Shown here: piece after piece, positions 1-13,403 of the stretch | Layout: every line of letters begins with the position of its first letter | Numbering within the stretch: position 1 is the first letter of the stretch | Assembly: GCF_006345805.1 (NCBI RefSeq) | Contig: NC_043002.1 | Span: forward strand, 117,242,001-117,306,000 | Length of the DNA stretch: 64,000 nucleotides | Origin: Octopus sinensis | Lineage: Eukaryota | Direction: 5' to 3' | Program-made: the position numbers and the translations under genes | The notes under the pieces: model-generated | What the model saw: only the letters and a program-made list of their open reading frames with translations | What the model was told of the DNA's origin: nothing | Database searches by the model: none

Positions 1-99
1 TAGAACTTGTTACATACCTAATTAATAAGCAGCTTTCTCCATTATAGTACAGAAGTACAATTTCAATAAACTCTCATGATTTTCTCTAGTATTTTTTTT

Positions 100-580
100 T
101 TTTGCTTGCTGAATCTGGAGGAAGAGGCAGTGTTTATGGCGTTTACAGGATTTTGAAGAGCAGGGATGCCATTAATGTACGTTGGAAGTTATGTAAGTGA
201 ACACTCGAAAGAAAGACATGAGCAAGCCTGATGTTCTGGGAAGGATGGACTGGGCATAGTGCAGAGCCTGGCAGCATTGGGCAAAACAAGGCTGATGAGA
301 GGAGGAAAGACAAGAGGGTTTAGAAGGCCTGAGTGGAAATGGTGTGAGCCCAATTCACTTCAAGGAACAAAGACCATAATACTACTGATAGGAAAAGCAG
401 AGAGGAAACAGTACACCTGTGAGCTAGAACTGGAGAATATCTGTGAAAGACTTTATGCCAATCATTTAGGTGGCCCATTTCTGGGAGTGTTCTAGGATGT
501 CTGTGAATGCAGCAGCAGTACCATTCCAGATGTGATAGTAATACTCCATTGTAGACCTAGAGTCACGAGAAAAAGTCCTA
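100..580 (-). mobile_element. Decayed L2/Jockey-like LINE fragment (RT C-terminal region) inside a PEX14 intron
   Basis: Minus-strand translation RSTMEYYYHIWNGTAAAFTDILEHSQKWAT*, then AHRCTVSSL in another frame, resembles the post-RT region of L2/Jockey ORF2. All frames contain stops. Confidence 0.5.
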
Positions 581-736
581 AGTAGTTTAAAAAAACAAAA
601 TACAATCTAATTTGAATTTGTATAGAAATTAATTTAAAAACTGTTTTCTAATTTTATTAGATTTTTCAATCAGATAAACACTTTAATAATGTAAAAAAAA
701 AAAAAGGAAAGAAAGACAAATGAAGCTGGTGTTTAC

Positions 737-821
737 CTTTCCGTTTTAAAAATGACTTTTTATGTGCTATGGAAGTGTTCCGTACTTTATTATGATTCAG
801 AAATGATACAGCAGTGTAGAT
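737..821 (-). CDS. PEX14: PEX14 coding exon 3 (Pex14 N-terminal, PEX5/PEX19-binding domain)
   Basis: 85-nt exon with acceptor ttaatttcag and donor gtaaac. Translates IYTAVSFLNHNKVRNTSIAHKKSFLKRK-G, matching the Pex14_N motif (human [29 protein letters not shown]). Phase 0 to phase 1. Confidence 0.9.
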
Positions 822-915
822 CTGAAATTAATAACAGAATTATAACAATAATCTTTTTAAAAATTATTTAAGTATCCTCATTGAAAATGTTTCTCTTGCT
901 ATAATTTTCATTTAA

Positions 916-1132
916 CCCTTTAGCATGTAAATTGGCCATATCTGGTCAAAATATTCTACCTCATTTTATCTTCAAACTGGTCATAGCTGGCCTTTCACAC
1001 CTACCCTACAGAGTCATTTTAAAAATAAACAATCTCATCAAATCTCATAGCTATAAAATAATGCATGACTAATTTTAAAAAATGTGAATACATAAGCATT
1101 ATGTTTAAAACAGTAATCTGAATACTAAAGGG
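916..1132. mobile_element. piggyBac-like MITE (CCC...GGG ends, TTAA flanks)
   Basis: TTAA|CCCTTTAGCA ... TACTAAAGGG|TTAA. Related copies at about 2756-2969, 10863-11072, 41779-41995 and 53722-53942. Confidence 0.6.
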
Positions 1133-2197
1133 TTAAATATTTTTCTCTTTATGTTTTTTTTTACCTTTCAAAAAATCCCATTTTACAAGATTAAATATCC
1201 AAGTTGACAATGTGGTGTCATTTGATGACAATCATTCAGACTGTCTGTGTCTCTCAATCTATCGCATAATTATTTATAAAAGGAAGAATGCATACAACCA
1301 CAAAATGCAAACTACCCAAATATTTAATTTTCACAATATATTAATTTTCACCCTCATCCACCTTATAACTTCATATAAAAAAATCTAAACAAATAAAGAA
1401 AAAGGTTTTATTTGCATGCAAGACAAAATATTGAAAGAACATGCAATTCTACCAAAACTATTTTCTAAACTTTACCATTCTAACCAATTAAAATTCTCAA
1501 TGAAGAAAAAAAAGTATGATGCTGATAGTGATATTATGTGTGAGGAGATTGATAGAAGTGAACTGTACAAAGATGCAAGAATAAATGGAATATGTTGTTT
1601 TAATGAATACTTGGAAATGTGTGTAAGCTGATATATAATAGAGCATGGTCTATATGTAAGAGCATTGAAGGTTTCACGATTATTTAGCACCAGAATAGAA
1701 CCTATAACCTATGTAGGCCACAGCAGATTAGGGAGTCAACTTGAACAGTTAAAGATTAACCCTTTAGCATTTATTCTGGCCATATCCAGACCTGATTTAT
1801 GTTAAAACTGACCAGCTCCAAACTCCATACCACTAAAATCTTGAAACTACAAAATAATGTGTGATTAATTCAAAACAACGTGAATAAATAAGCCATTTGT
1901 TCGACAAAGATATCTGAATGCTAAAGACATAATGTCTGTAATGTTGAACAAGAAATGTTCCAAAAAGACTGAAATTCAAGATAAAGTAAGATTGGGCAAA
2001 TTTAGTGTTAGTTAAGACACAGTATGACTGAACTGGGTGGACTAGAGCCAAGATGGTAGACATGTTGCTAGTTGAAGGCAGCAACAGCATGTACAAATGT
2101 TTGTCAATCAGTTTCATTTCAGATGCAGTGTAAAATATTTACACGAACCAGTATCAAATATGGTGAAGAGCATTAATGGATAGAGAATTCTTTTATT

Positions 2198-2584
2198 CTT
2201 TTACTTGTTTCAGTCATTTTTGATTGCGGCCGTGCTGGAGCATCACCTTAAAGGGGTTTTTTTTGTCAATGAAATCAATCCCAGGACTTATTCTTAGTAA
2301 GCCTAATACTTATTCTATCAGTCACTTTTGCCAAACCAAATTACGGGGATGTAAACACACCAACAACAGTTATCAAGCAATGGTGGGGAATCAAACACAG
2401 ACACACACACACACACATAAATGTATATGATGAGCTTCTTTCAGTTTCCATCTACCAAATCCACTCACAAGGCTTTTGTCGGCCTGAGGTTATAGTAGAA
2501 GATACTTGCCCAAAGTGTCACGCAGTGGGACTGAACCCAGAACCATGTGGTTGAGAAGCAAGCTTCTTACCACACAGCCACACC
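2198..2584 (-). mobile_element. tRNA-derived SINE, family A (internal CA/TA microsatellite)
   Basis: Colinear with the cleaner copy at 46261-46686. Other copies at about 5248-5432 plus 8657-8798 (split by an insertion), 22735-22895, 28190-28470, 33293-33430 (+) and 58260-58385 (+). Confidence 0.7.
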
Positions 2585-4959
2585 TAAAGATTTTTCAGCA
2601 TGAGTTTCCAGTTTTGAAGATGTCAGAAGATCAGAATGTGTCAGATGTACAGGAGTAATTAATAAGGAAAGAACTCGTGAAATTAAACCTGCAGACAACT
2701 CAGATGACTTGTTAGAAGTAGTAAATAGTTAGTGATATGCAGGTGACATAATTAATCCTTTAGCATTCAGATTATTCTTACAAATGTATTGCTTATTTAT
2801 TCACATTGGTTAGACATGCATTGTCTTGTAGCTTCAAAATTTCAATGATGAGATCATTCATTGTTAGAATGACATTGTAGGGCAGGTGTAAGAGGCCAGA
2901 TCAGGTCTGTTTGAACATAAAACAGATAAAATATTTTGGCTGGATGTGACCAGATTAAATGTTAAAGGGTTAAAGCTGAAAGATGATGCAGTGAGATTAT
3001 AATATTAGCAAAGTTAAGAAAAGGATGGAAAAACATTGAGTTGTTAAGTCTTTTGGCAACAAAGAGTTTCTCTCTCTAAGTAAAGGCAATCTATAGGAAG
3101 CTATGTAAGGAATATGGGGGTGCATGGTAGGTAGTAAAACATGGATGATGGATTTTGAATTTCTCCAAAAAGAGAGAAATAATTTGAAAATGTCTGTTGG
3201 ATGTGAAACATTAAAAGAAGTAAAATGGAATTTAACTGTGCTGAAAAAGCTCCAATGAGTTTGTTGAGAAACACTTAAATTGGTGTGGACATTTAGCAAA
3301 TATGAACACCACTGATGAATCAAATCTGTGTATTTTTGGTAGTGAGTACCTGTGGAAGAGATAGCTCATGGAAGCTAGAGAAGGAAGTAATGAGGTATGA
3401 TGTAAGGAGAGAGGTTGCATCTCATAAATATTATCAAGAAAAATTGTAATACATCAACCAATGTCAACTGCAAAGGTTAAGACATCAGTGACGATAATGA
3501 TGATGATGATGGCCCTCATAGACTAATGACTGAAAGAATGCATCAACCTATTTTTACTTTGAAGAATTTAATTAAATTTTTATTTTTGCCATATATAGAG
3601 ACAAAGAATACTGAAGGTGGTGGACGATTATGTTAATACTAACATACTATTTTTTTTTAGCATATAATTACAAGACTTCTCAGAAAACTTACCAAATTTT
3701 CTCGTGGTACTGATGATGAATTTACCAAATTCCCAGAAACCTTTTAAACAAAAATGAAAAAAAATTAATTAAATTTATATAACTGTAATCAATGACATCA
3801 ATTCTAATACAAATATACAGACATAATGTTTAATGAAAATCAGGATGACAATGGTTGTGTATGTAAGGCATCAGTCTCTCACCTCCTTTCAACCAATTAC
3901 ACTGTGTAACATGATTTTTGTCCTTGGGTAGCGACTGTTATTTCTTATTTGCCGACCCCTAGAAAGTATGAAAAATGGCGAATATTTCTTTCAAACTTTA
4001 CCTTTGTTACATTTATTCAAACCACAAGAATCCCTCTCAACTCATGGCTATGATGCTCCCCCACTACTCCTGCTCATCATCAGAGATGTACATATTGTCA
4101 GCCACTAAAGCGATTAAGGCCAAGCAACTGATAAGTAAATCTGTAGTATTGAACAGAATATTTGCTATAACAATATTTCTGCTTCAGCAACTCTGCTGAA
4201 TCTGGCTGAAATGTAATGGAAAATAGGTCAGTTTGAAAACATTGATGACTAGGTCACAAAAGCAAAGTCTGAAGGGATTAGTTGCCTATTCCTTTGATTT
4301 CTAGATAGAAGCAAATAGAAAATAAGACTGAACAAAGACAAAAAAAATTTCAATTTTGTTACACAGTATAATTAGTCTGCTTGTATCTCTTAATGACCCT
4401 CTTAAGCACAAAAGATTAATATAATTGATATTTAACAGAAAAATGTTGTGGAATATGGATACAAAAGATTCTGGGTTTGAGAATTGATTGGCTAAGGTAA
4501 GTAATCTAAGGTTAGACATAGTCATTTACATACACATACATATCTAACTGTTGGGATAGATATTTGTCATTTGTATGGAAAGTCTCCAAAAAAATATTAG
4601 GCCTACAAAGAGACTAAAACTGTAGGACAATGTTGGCTAAAACAAAAGTTAAAGTGAAATAATGAAATACATGTGATTATCGAAATGAAACTAAAATTCA
4701 TTTATTTCTATGAGGTTACCAAATAAATTTTTCTTTTTCTACTTGGTAGTCATCATAATATTTGTGAAAAGAGGTAAAATTTATTCAGATTTCAAAAACA
4801 ATAAAGAAAAGTCTTAGAGAAAGAACAAAGCTATGTAATCCGTAAAATAGTATGATAAAAATATTTTTCATGTTAATTCAAATAACACTGGAAAGGATTA
4901 TAATAAAAGAAAAAAAAAGCGAATTCATCTAATGCAAACATAAAACAAACAATATTTAC

Positions 4960-5022
4960 CAGTTTTTCTGCTGAGTCTTCTTCTGTAAGTTGAGGTTGGC
5001 CATCAGAAGTCACTCCAACAGT
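4960..5022 (-). CDS. PEX14: PEX14 coding exon 2
   Basis: 63-nt exon with acceptor tatttgatttctag and donor gtaaat. The only open frame is TVGVTSDGQPQLTEEDSAEKL (phase 0/0), which joins in frame to IYTAVSFL of the 737-821 exon. Confidence 0.85.
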
Positions 5023-5433
5023 CTAGAAATCAAATAATACACAACATAAAGTGAAGCTATTATAATGGTTCGTTTATTTGATTTTCTTTTGTGCGTTATA
5101 ATTTAATTAAAATATTTCCTGTTTTTACAGGTGCTCTATGTCCACATATCTTTAGGCTAAGATTGAACTCATAATCCTTTATAGAAATCTTTCTCAAGAG
5201 AGTGGCAGGGCTGTGAGGAATGAAAGAGGGGAGGAGGGGATTACTATCTTTTACTTGTTTCAGTCATTAGACTGTGACCATGCTGGGGCACTACTTTGAA
5301 AAATTTTTAGCTGAATGAATCAACCCCAGTACATTTTTTAAAAAAACTTGGTACATAATTCTATGGATTGCTTTTGCTGAACTGCTAAGTTACTGGGACA
5401 TAAACACAGATGCCACTACACACACACACACAG

Positions 5434-5795
5434 TCATCATCATCGTTTAACGTCCGCTTTCCATGCTAGCATGGGTTGGACGAATGACTGAGGGCTGGCG
5501 AACCAGATGGCTGCACCAGGCTCCAATCTTGATCTGGCAGAGCTGGATGCCCTTCCTAACGCCAACCACTCCGAGAGTGTAGTGGGTGCTTTTACGTGCC
5601 ACCGGCACAGGGCCAGTCAGGCGGTAGTGGCAACGACCTTGCTCGAATCTTTTACACATGCCACCGGCACAGGTGCCAGTAAGGCGATGCTGGTAACGAT
5701 CACACTTGGATGGTGTCTTTTACGTGCCACCAGCACAGAGGCCAGATAGCCACTCTGGCAACAATCACGCTCGGATGGTTCTCTTAATACCCTAC
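5434..5795 (-). mobile_element. 3'-terminal fragment of the RTE LINE family (3' UTR plus (GAT)n tail)
   Basis: Reverse complement of the 3' ends of the RTE copies at 8480-8655 and 63470-63663; (CAT)n at 5434-5444. Many similar 3' fragments occur across the window (about 10190-10285, 21980-22200, 28630-28860, 31890-32330, 41200-41695, 49780-49945, 63670-63930). Confidence 0.75.
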
Positions 5796-5830
<35 letters not shown>

Positions 5831-5832
<2 letters not shown>

Positions 5833-8655
5833 GCCAATGTTTGCCAATGTTCTGCGCCGAATTTGCCAATGTTCTGCGCCGTGAGGACCAAAGACTGGAG
5901 GTGTTTCGCGTTGCAAGACAGTGTGTGAGAGAGAATTGTGATGTGGTGGGAGAGAAGTGTGTTCGCATGGAAGATGGTTCACTTGCGCTAAATGAGGATG
6001 CAAAGAGAGAGCTTGGAGACGCCACTATGAAAGGTTGCTGAATAAAGAAAATGAATGGGATAAAGAGAGTCTGCCGAACGTTGACCCAACAGAGGGACCA
6101 GCTATCAGGGTTGATAGTTCCTTAGTAGCTAAGGCAATTAGAAGCATGAAGACAGGGAAAGCCCCAGGCCCATCAGGTATCACTGCAGAGATGCTCAAAA
6201 TATCTGGTAGTGTCGGCTATAGCCTAGTCACCTGTATAGTTAATCAGGTGATACATGAAGGAGTCATACCCAATGACTGGTGTAGCAGCATAATAGTCAA
6301 CTGCTACAAAGGTAAAGGTGATGCCCTAGATACAAATAATTACAGAGGTATCAAGCTGTTGGATCAGGTGATGAAGGTTACAGAGAGGGTCATAAGCCAA
6401 CTAATTAGAGAGAGAGTTAGTTTAGATGAGATGCAGTTTGGTTTCGTGCCAGGGAAAAGTACCACTGATGCTATATTCCTGGTAAGGCAGCTGCAGGAGA
6501 AATACCTAGCCAAAGAAAGATAAGGCCCTGTACCTGGCTTTTGTTGACATGGAGAAAGCCTTCGACAGGGTCCCCCGATCCCTCATATGGTGGTCAATGA
6601 GGAAACTAGGAATAGAAGAATGGTTAGTGAGAGCTGTGCAAGCCATGTACAGGGACGCTGCTAGTAAGGTGAGGGTTGGAAATGAGTACAGTGAAGAATT
6701 CCGGGTAGAGGTAGGGGTCCACCAAGGCTCAGTCCTCAGCTCCCTCCTATTTATCATAGTCCTCCAGGCAATAACGGAGGAATTCAAGACAGGATGCCCC
6801 TGGGAGCTCCTCTATGCTGATGACCTTGCTCTAATTGCTGAGTCATTATCAGAACTGGAGAAGAAGTTTCAGGTGTGGAAGCATGGTTTAGAATCGAAGG
6901 GCCTTAGAGTCAACCTAGCTAAAACCAAAGTCCTAGTAAGTAGGAAGGTAGACAAATCACAAACGCCTTCAGGTAGATGGCCCTGCTCGATCAGTAGAAA
7001 AGGTGTAGGTAGAAACTCTATAAGATGCACCAAGTGTAAGCTATGGACACATAAGAGGTGCAGCAATGTCATAGGAAGGCTAACTAGGAAGATGGTTTTT
7101 GTATGTGGCAGATGCTCGGGAGCATTAACCTCTGAAAATCTGCAGAAAACAACTTCCGTCACTTTCCAGGGGAAAAAACTAGAAGTAGTTGATAGCTTCC
7201 GTTATCTTGGTGACCAAGTCAGTAGGGGGGGTGGGTGTGCTGAAAGTGTAACGGCTAGAGTAAGAATAGCCTGGGCAAAGTTTAGGGAGCTCTTACCTCT
7301 GTTGGTGACTAAAGGCCTCTCGCTCAGAGTAAAAGGCAGACTGTATGATGCATGTGTACGAACAGCCATGCTACATGGCAGTGAAACATGGGCCGTGACT
7401 GCTGAGGACATGCGTAAGCTCGCGAGAAATGAAGCTAGTATGCTCCGTTGGATGTGTAATGTCAGTGTTCATAGTCGACAGAGTGTAAGTACCTTGAGAG
7501 AAAAGTTGGACCTAAGAGGAATCAGATGTTGTGTGCAAGAGAGACGATTGCGCTGGTATGGTCATGTGGTGAGAATGGATGAAGATAGGTGTGTGAAAAA
7601 GTGCCACACCCTGGCAGTTGAGGGGACCTGTGGAAGAGGTAGACCCAGGAAACCTGGGTCGAGGTGTGTGAAGCACGACCTTCGAACTCTAGGTCTCACC
7701 AGGAAATGACCAGAGACCGAGACCTATGGAAGTATGCTGTGCGTGAGAAGACCCGGCAAGACCAGTGAGAACAATCAAAATCAAATCATATATCAGAAAG
7801 CAGGGGTTAAGTGACCATCTGTTCGTGTCCGCTGTCAGCCTCGTCTGGTACCCGTGCCGGTGATACGTAAAAGCACCATTCGCTCATGGCCGTTTGCCAG
7901 CTCTGCCTGGCCCCGTGTCGGTGGCACGTAAAAGCACCATCCGTTCGTGTTCGTTGCCAGCCTCGCCTGGCCCCGTGCCGGTGGATGACACGTAAAAGCA
8001 CCGTCCGTTCGTGGCCGTTGGCCAGCTCTGTCTGGCCCCGTGTCGGTGGCACGTAAAAGCACCATCCGTTTGTAGCCGTTTGCCAGCTCTGTCTGGCCCC
8101 GTGTCGGTGGCACGTAAAAGCACCATCCATCCGTGTCCGTTGCCAACCTCGGCTGGCCCCCGTGCCGGTGACACGTAAAAGCACCGTCTGCTCGTGGCCG
8201 TTTGCCAGCTCTGTCTGGCAACCGTGTCGGTGGCACGTAAAAGCACCATCCGTTCGCGTCCGTTGCCAGCCTTGGCTGACCCCCGTGCCGGTGACACGTA
8301 AAAGCACCGTCCGTTCATGGCCGGTTGCCAGCTCTGTCTGGCCCCGTGTCGGTGGCACGTAAAAGCACCATCCGTTCATGTCCGTTGCCAGCATCGCCTG
8401 GCCCCATGCCGGTGACACGTAAAAGCACCATCCGTTCGTGGCCGTTCGCCAGCTCTGTCTGGCACCTGTGCAGGTGGCATGTAAAAAACACCCACTACAC
8501 TCGCGGAGTGGTTGGCGTTAGGAAGGGCATCCAGCCGTAGAAACACTGCCAGATCTGACTGGGCCTGACGAAGCCTTCCAGCTTCACAGACCCCAGTTGA
8601 CCCGTCCAACCCATGCTAGCATGGAAAGCGGACGCTAAACGATGATGATGATGAT
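5831..8655 (+). mobile_element. 5'-truncated RTE-clade LINE, copy 1 (frameshifted ORF2, 3' UTR with tandem array, (GAT)n tail)
   Basis: ORF pieces 5841-6041, 6035-6523 and 6549-7709 carry RT motifs (KAPGPSG, NYRGIKLL, QFGF, KAFD, GVHQGSVLS, YADD, YLG). An extra A near 6517 breaks the frame relative to the copy at 61771. Confidence 0.92.
7810..8480 (+). repeat. GC-rich ~61-bp tandem array (~11 units) in the RTE 3' UTR
   Basis: CGTAAAAGCACC recurs at about 7866, 7927, 7991, 8052, 8113, 8174, 8236, 8297, 8358 and 8418, with a variant near 8479. Confidence 0.9.
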
Positions 8656-9424
8656 ACGATGAGCTTCTTTCAGTTTCTGAGAACCAAATCCACTCACAAA
8701 GTTTTGGTCAGTAGAAGACATCTGCCCAATGTACCACGCACTGGGACTGAACCCAGAACCATGTGGTTGGGAAGCAAGCTCCTTACCACATCACCACACC
8801 TAAATAAAGTTAAGGTTTTCAACATTTTAAAATTTATCCAACAACATAACAAAAGAAGAACAATTAGATGGATGCAAATTCTATTTTTGTCTCCTAAAGA
8901 TAGAATGTGGGGTACCAAAAATGTCTCAAGTATTTTGAGAAGGATACTGGTATTTGTCAGTTTGGGAAGCACTGCTTTATAGTAATTCAGAGAACAGATG
9001 AATGTATTGGGGTTGATGATGCCAGTGTAATAGATCAATTCTAAACAAGCGAAAAGAAAAACTGCAGATGAATAAGCAACTGAAAGTTTGTAATGAAAAT
9101 GTAACTGAAATGATTTCATTGTAAATTAAAGACAAAACTTATATAAAGAAGAGAGATTATTCTTCATCTTTTACATGTTTCAGTCACTGGATTGGTTCCA
9201 TACTGAGGGAACACCATGAAGGGTTTAGTCAAACAAATGTTTTTTTAAAGTCTGGTACTTATTCTAGCAATCTCTTTTACTGAAACTGCAAAGTTACAGT
9301 TATGTAAACAAATCAACACCAGCTACCAAGCAGTGAGAGAGGGCAAAGAGTGGGGAACAAACACAAACACACATGTATACATATATATATATATATGTAC
9401 ATATATGTGTGCATATACATACAT

Positions 9425-9457
<33 letters not shown>

Positions 9458-9674
9458 CACACATACACATCAACATACACAAGCACAAATATACACATAT
9501 ATAATATATATCACACACACACACATATATATACATGATGTAAAACTCTAATTTCACTCCAGTCAATTTCTCCCTGAATAAGACATTTGTCCAAAACATT
9601 TGATTTTTCCACTTCCCATGGCAAGTTAACTAAATATATATATATATATATATATGTATATATTTACTAAATAT

Positions 9675-9714
<40 letters not shown>

Positions 9715-10335
9715 TCATGCTTATGGAAATTGTAAAGTATCACCACTAATTTCAAGACACTGTAATTTTGCCCTTATGGAACTTTTAAATTTCAAAACGA
9801 CACTCTCATTTTAGCCAAAATGCCACTTCTCAATCTCTTAGTTAAGATCAATGTATAGTTAACAATGACAACAACTATAATCACAATACATATATACATG
9901 CGCACATGTATATTGCGCATATTTTCTGGGGGCTGCAATGAGCCTCTATCAATCAATCAATATAAGACCTATATCCAAGTAGCAGAAAGATCGCCCAAAA
10001 GTGTATATATATATTTAAATGTATTTATATATTCATCTATACACAGATGTATGTATAATGTGTGTGTATATATTTCCATAGAGGTAACCTTTCACTCCAT
10101 ACAAAGTTTTTTAGGACGAATATAAGATCTAAAGTATATACAAGTAGCAGAAAGATCGCCCAAAAGTGTATATAGATATTTAAATCATCATCATCATCAT
10201 CATTTAACGTCCGCTTTCCATGCTAGCATGGGTTGGACGGTTCAACTGGGGTCTGGGGAGCCCGAAGGCTGCACCAGGCCAGTCAGATATATATATATAT
10301 ATAATATATATATATATTATATATATATATATATA

Positions 10336-10391
<56 letters not shown>

Positions 10392-11519
10392 CATCATCAC
10401 AACATGCTGCATCTCAGTTTGTGTTGAACCATTCCATTGAAAAGGCATTTGTTAGCTCAAGGTTATATAGTAGAAGACACTTCCCCAAGTTGCCACCCAA
10501 TAGGACTAAACCTGAAAGCACATAGTTGTGAATCAAACTTTATAACCATACAGTCATGCCTAGTTGCTTGACACCTGTCTCTGTGGAGAGTTTTTTCTAC
10601 TCTTTAGAAAGACAAGTTTATCGTGCATGACTATATTTTTTTTCAGAGCTTCCAAGACTTGTGAAAGGAAGGGAGAGAGAGAGAGGAAGTTATTCTTAAA
10701 CTGTAGATCTAGCCAGGATGCTTGAAACAGAATAAACTCTACTAAAGGCACCTCAAGACCAGATTAATTCTACAAACCGAAAATTCAGAATAGAAAGAAT
10801 AAAATGCTGCAAGGCAGTTTGAGATTCAACCGAATCAGCCAATTCATCATTTATAGAATTAACTCTTTGGTACTCAGATTATGCAGGCAAATGTAATGCT
10901 TATTTATTCATATTTGTTTTGAATTAATCAAGGCTTATCTCATAGCTTAAAGATTTTGATGTAATTGTTTATTTTCAGAATGACATAGCAGGGAGATGTA
11001 AGAGGCCAGATCTGGTAATTTTTAACATAAAACAAGTTCGAGCCAGGTATGGCTGGTTTAAATACTATAGGGTTAAAAAAAAAAGAACACTAAATTTATA
11101 GTTAAAGCAATGTCTGTAGAATCTGAAGACCTGGTCTTCTGTGGCAGCAAGACTGCTAATAATAATAATAGTTTTATAATTATAAGTGCAAGACTTGAAA
11201 TTTTGGAGGAATTATGCTAGTTCATATCATTGACCACAGTACTTGAGCAGTACTTTGTTTTATCAAACGTGAATGGTTGAAAGGGCCTTACTGAAGTTTG
11301 AACTCAGAATAATAGATAACTAGAAGAAATACTGCAAGGCATTTTGTCCAACACTTTAATAATTCTGCCAATCGACGCCGTCATCAACAGTAACAACATC
11401 AATGCTAATGATAACGACACTCTACTACAGATAGTGTGTGGATTTACAATGGGAACAGTTGAGAATTGGATTAGCAAACAAAAATGTGTCAAGGCAACAC
11501 TGAAGATGTGAGATACTAA

Positions 11520-13330
11520 GAATACTATTATCATATAGGATTAAAAAAAAAACTGAGATAAGAAAACTTTAACCAAATAAAGATATACAAATACTTAGTA
11601 ATCAATGATCCTAACAAGGTAGCACACACACAAATGAAAGAAAAGATTAGGATGGAATGTTATAGATACATTGAATCAATACTTAAATGTGAGCTAAATG
11701 AAAAATTAGGTAATAAGGTAATACTCCAGATACCCCAGTTATAATTATAATATTCTAAATTGAATGCTAAATGAACAAGTTTAGAGTACACAGAAAAAAA
11801 AAAAAAAAAAACGAATACATTTAGAATACAACATTAAATATCTGATATTAGTTTCACATTCTGGCAAAAGGCCAGTGATTTTAGGGGAAGGGGTAAGTTG
11901 ATTACATTGACCCAAGTGATTAACTGGCACTTATTTTATCAATCCCAAAAGGATGAAAGGCAAAGTCGACCTCAGTGGAATTTGAATTCAGAACATAAGA
12001 CAGATGAAATGTTACTAAGCACTTTGCCCAGCATGCTAACAATTCTACCAGCTCACCACCTTCATCCGATATCTGGTATTAAAACTATATTTACCATGAA
12101 AAGAAGACAATAGAAACCTTATGTAACTAAAAAGCTATTATAAAGTATCCACTGTAGAGCTCTGAAAATATCTAGTAAAGAATGGAAAATAATTGCAAAT
12201 AACTATAAAACATAAACAAAACAAAACAAAACTGTTCGTCTTCAAAGAAGCTAAAAAATACAAAATGAGCTGAAATGACAGGTAGGCATGAAAAATAGAT
12301 GAAAATGCTGAATAGGATTGAAGTAGACAAGAAAATTTGCAACACTGGCTGAATAGCACAAAAGTCAAAGCTGAAACTAAAGGTTCTTAATTGCAGTAGA
12401 GAAATGAAGCCACTTCACCAGAAACCAGCAAATGCACAAAATGAAGAATTGAATAGAGTAAGTAGTAAGAGCAAGATATGTAAAGATGGAGAAGAAACAA
12501 TCAATCATGTTATTTCTGACTGAAAGTCTTTGTGAAGAAAGAATACATCCTCAAAGACATGACAGGATTTACATACACTGAAAAACTATAGCAGCAGAAA
12601 CAATATGATCACAGATAATGAGAATGTGACCATATTCTGGAATATACCAATACACATAGACAAGGAGATCAAGATTAATCAACCAGATATTGTTATCAAG
12701 GATAAACAAGAAATTGAGGTTTCAATCCAAACAGAAGATAATGTAGCTCTCAAAGAAATGAAGAAATCGCCCAAATATAAAGATCTGGAAATACAGAAAA
12801 AAAACTGAATGCAGCACCTGGAAACTGAAACGATTCCTATGATAAAGGCTATCTTGAGAATGGAAAAAAAGAAAACCTGTAACAAACACATAATCAAATC
12901 CCCAGTACTTACAAATATGCAAAGCATAAAATAAAATGGCACTAGAGGGCAATGAACACAGGAGAAAGCAATGCACATATTCAAAGTGCACACAGCAGTG
13001 ATTAATAGTGCAGTGAAAGTGCCAATAAAAAATAGAAAATCTCATAATACAAAGATCTGGAAATAGAGGTAATCCAAATGTGGTGTCTAAAAACAGAAAC
13101 AATCCTTATAATAATAGGTGCATTAGGTATGATTGAAAAACATACAGACAAATACATAATCAAAACACCAGGACTTACTAATATATATATATAACATACA
13201 GAAAATGGCACCATTAGGTACTGCACACATCCTGTGTAAAGCACTTTCAATATAATGAAAAAAACAACACCAAAACAAACCACAGCACATACCCAAGGCA
13301 CACAGAGCTGCGCTCGGTATTGCAGTGAAA
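11520..13330 (+). mobile_element. Decayed RLE-type (R4/Dong-like) non-LTR retrotransposon with duplicated C-terminus
   Basis: Remnants read ICKDGEETINHVIS (CCHC knuckle region), QPDIVIKDK...KYKDLE (restriction-like endonuclease) and a second YKDLEIEVIQMWCLKTETILIIIGALG...GTAHIL near 13050-13260. A (TAA)n tract follows at 13358-13403. Interrupted by a SINE at about 11860-12060. Confidence 0.65.
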
Positions 13331-13355
13331 GCACATGATAAAAATAAGACTACTG

Positions 13356-13403
<48 letters not shown>

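Noticed and set aside
420-583. Next PEX14 exon after 737-821
   Set aside because: In the required phase it reads GLFLVTLGLQW... or GLQW... to a stop rather than a GLTxEEI-like sequence. Another frame looks like a decayed LINE.
7807-8609. Long ORFs on both strands (203, 144, 133 aa)
   Set aside because: They are translations of the GC-rich 61-bp tandem array in a LINE 3' UTR.
8694-9119. 141-aa hydrophobic ORF as a membrane protein or PEX14 exon
   Set aside because: Hydrophobicity follows T-rich strand bias, the ORF runs into a SINE, and it has no convincing splice sites or motif.
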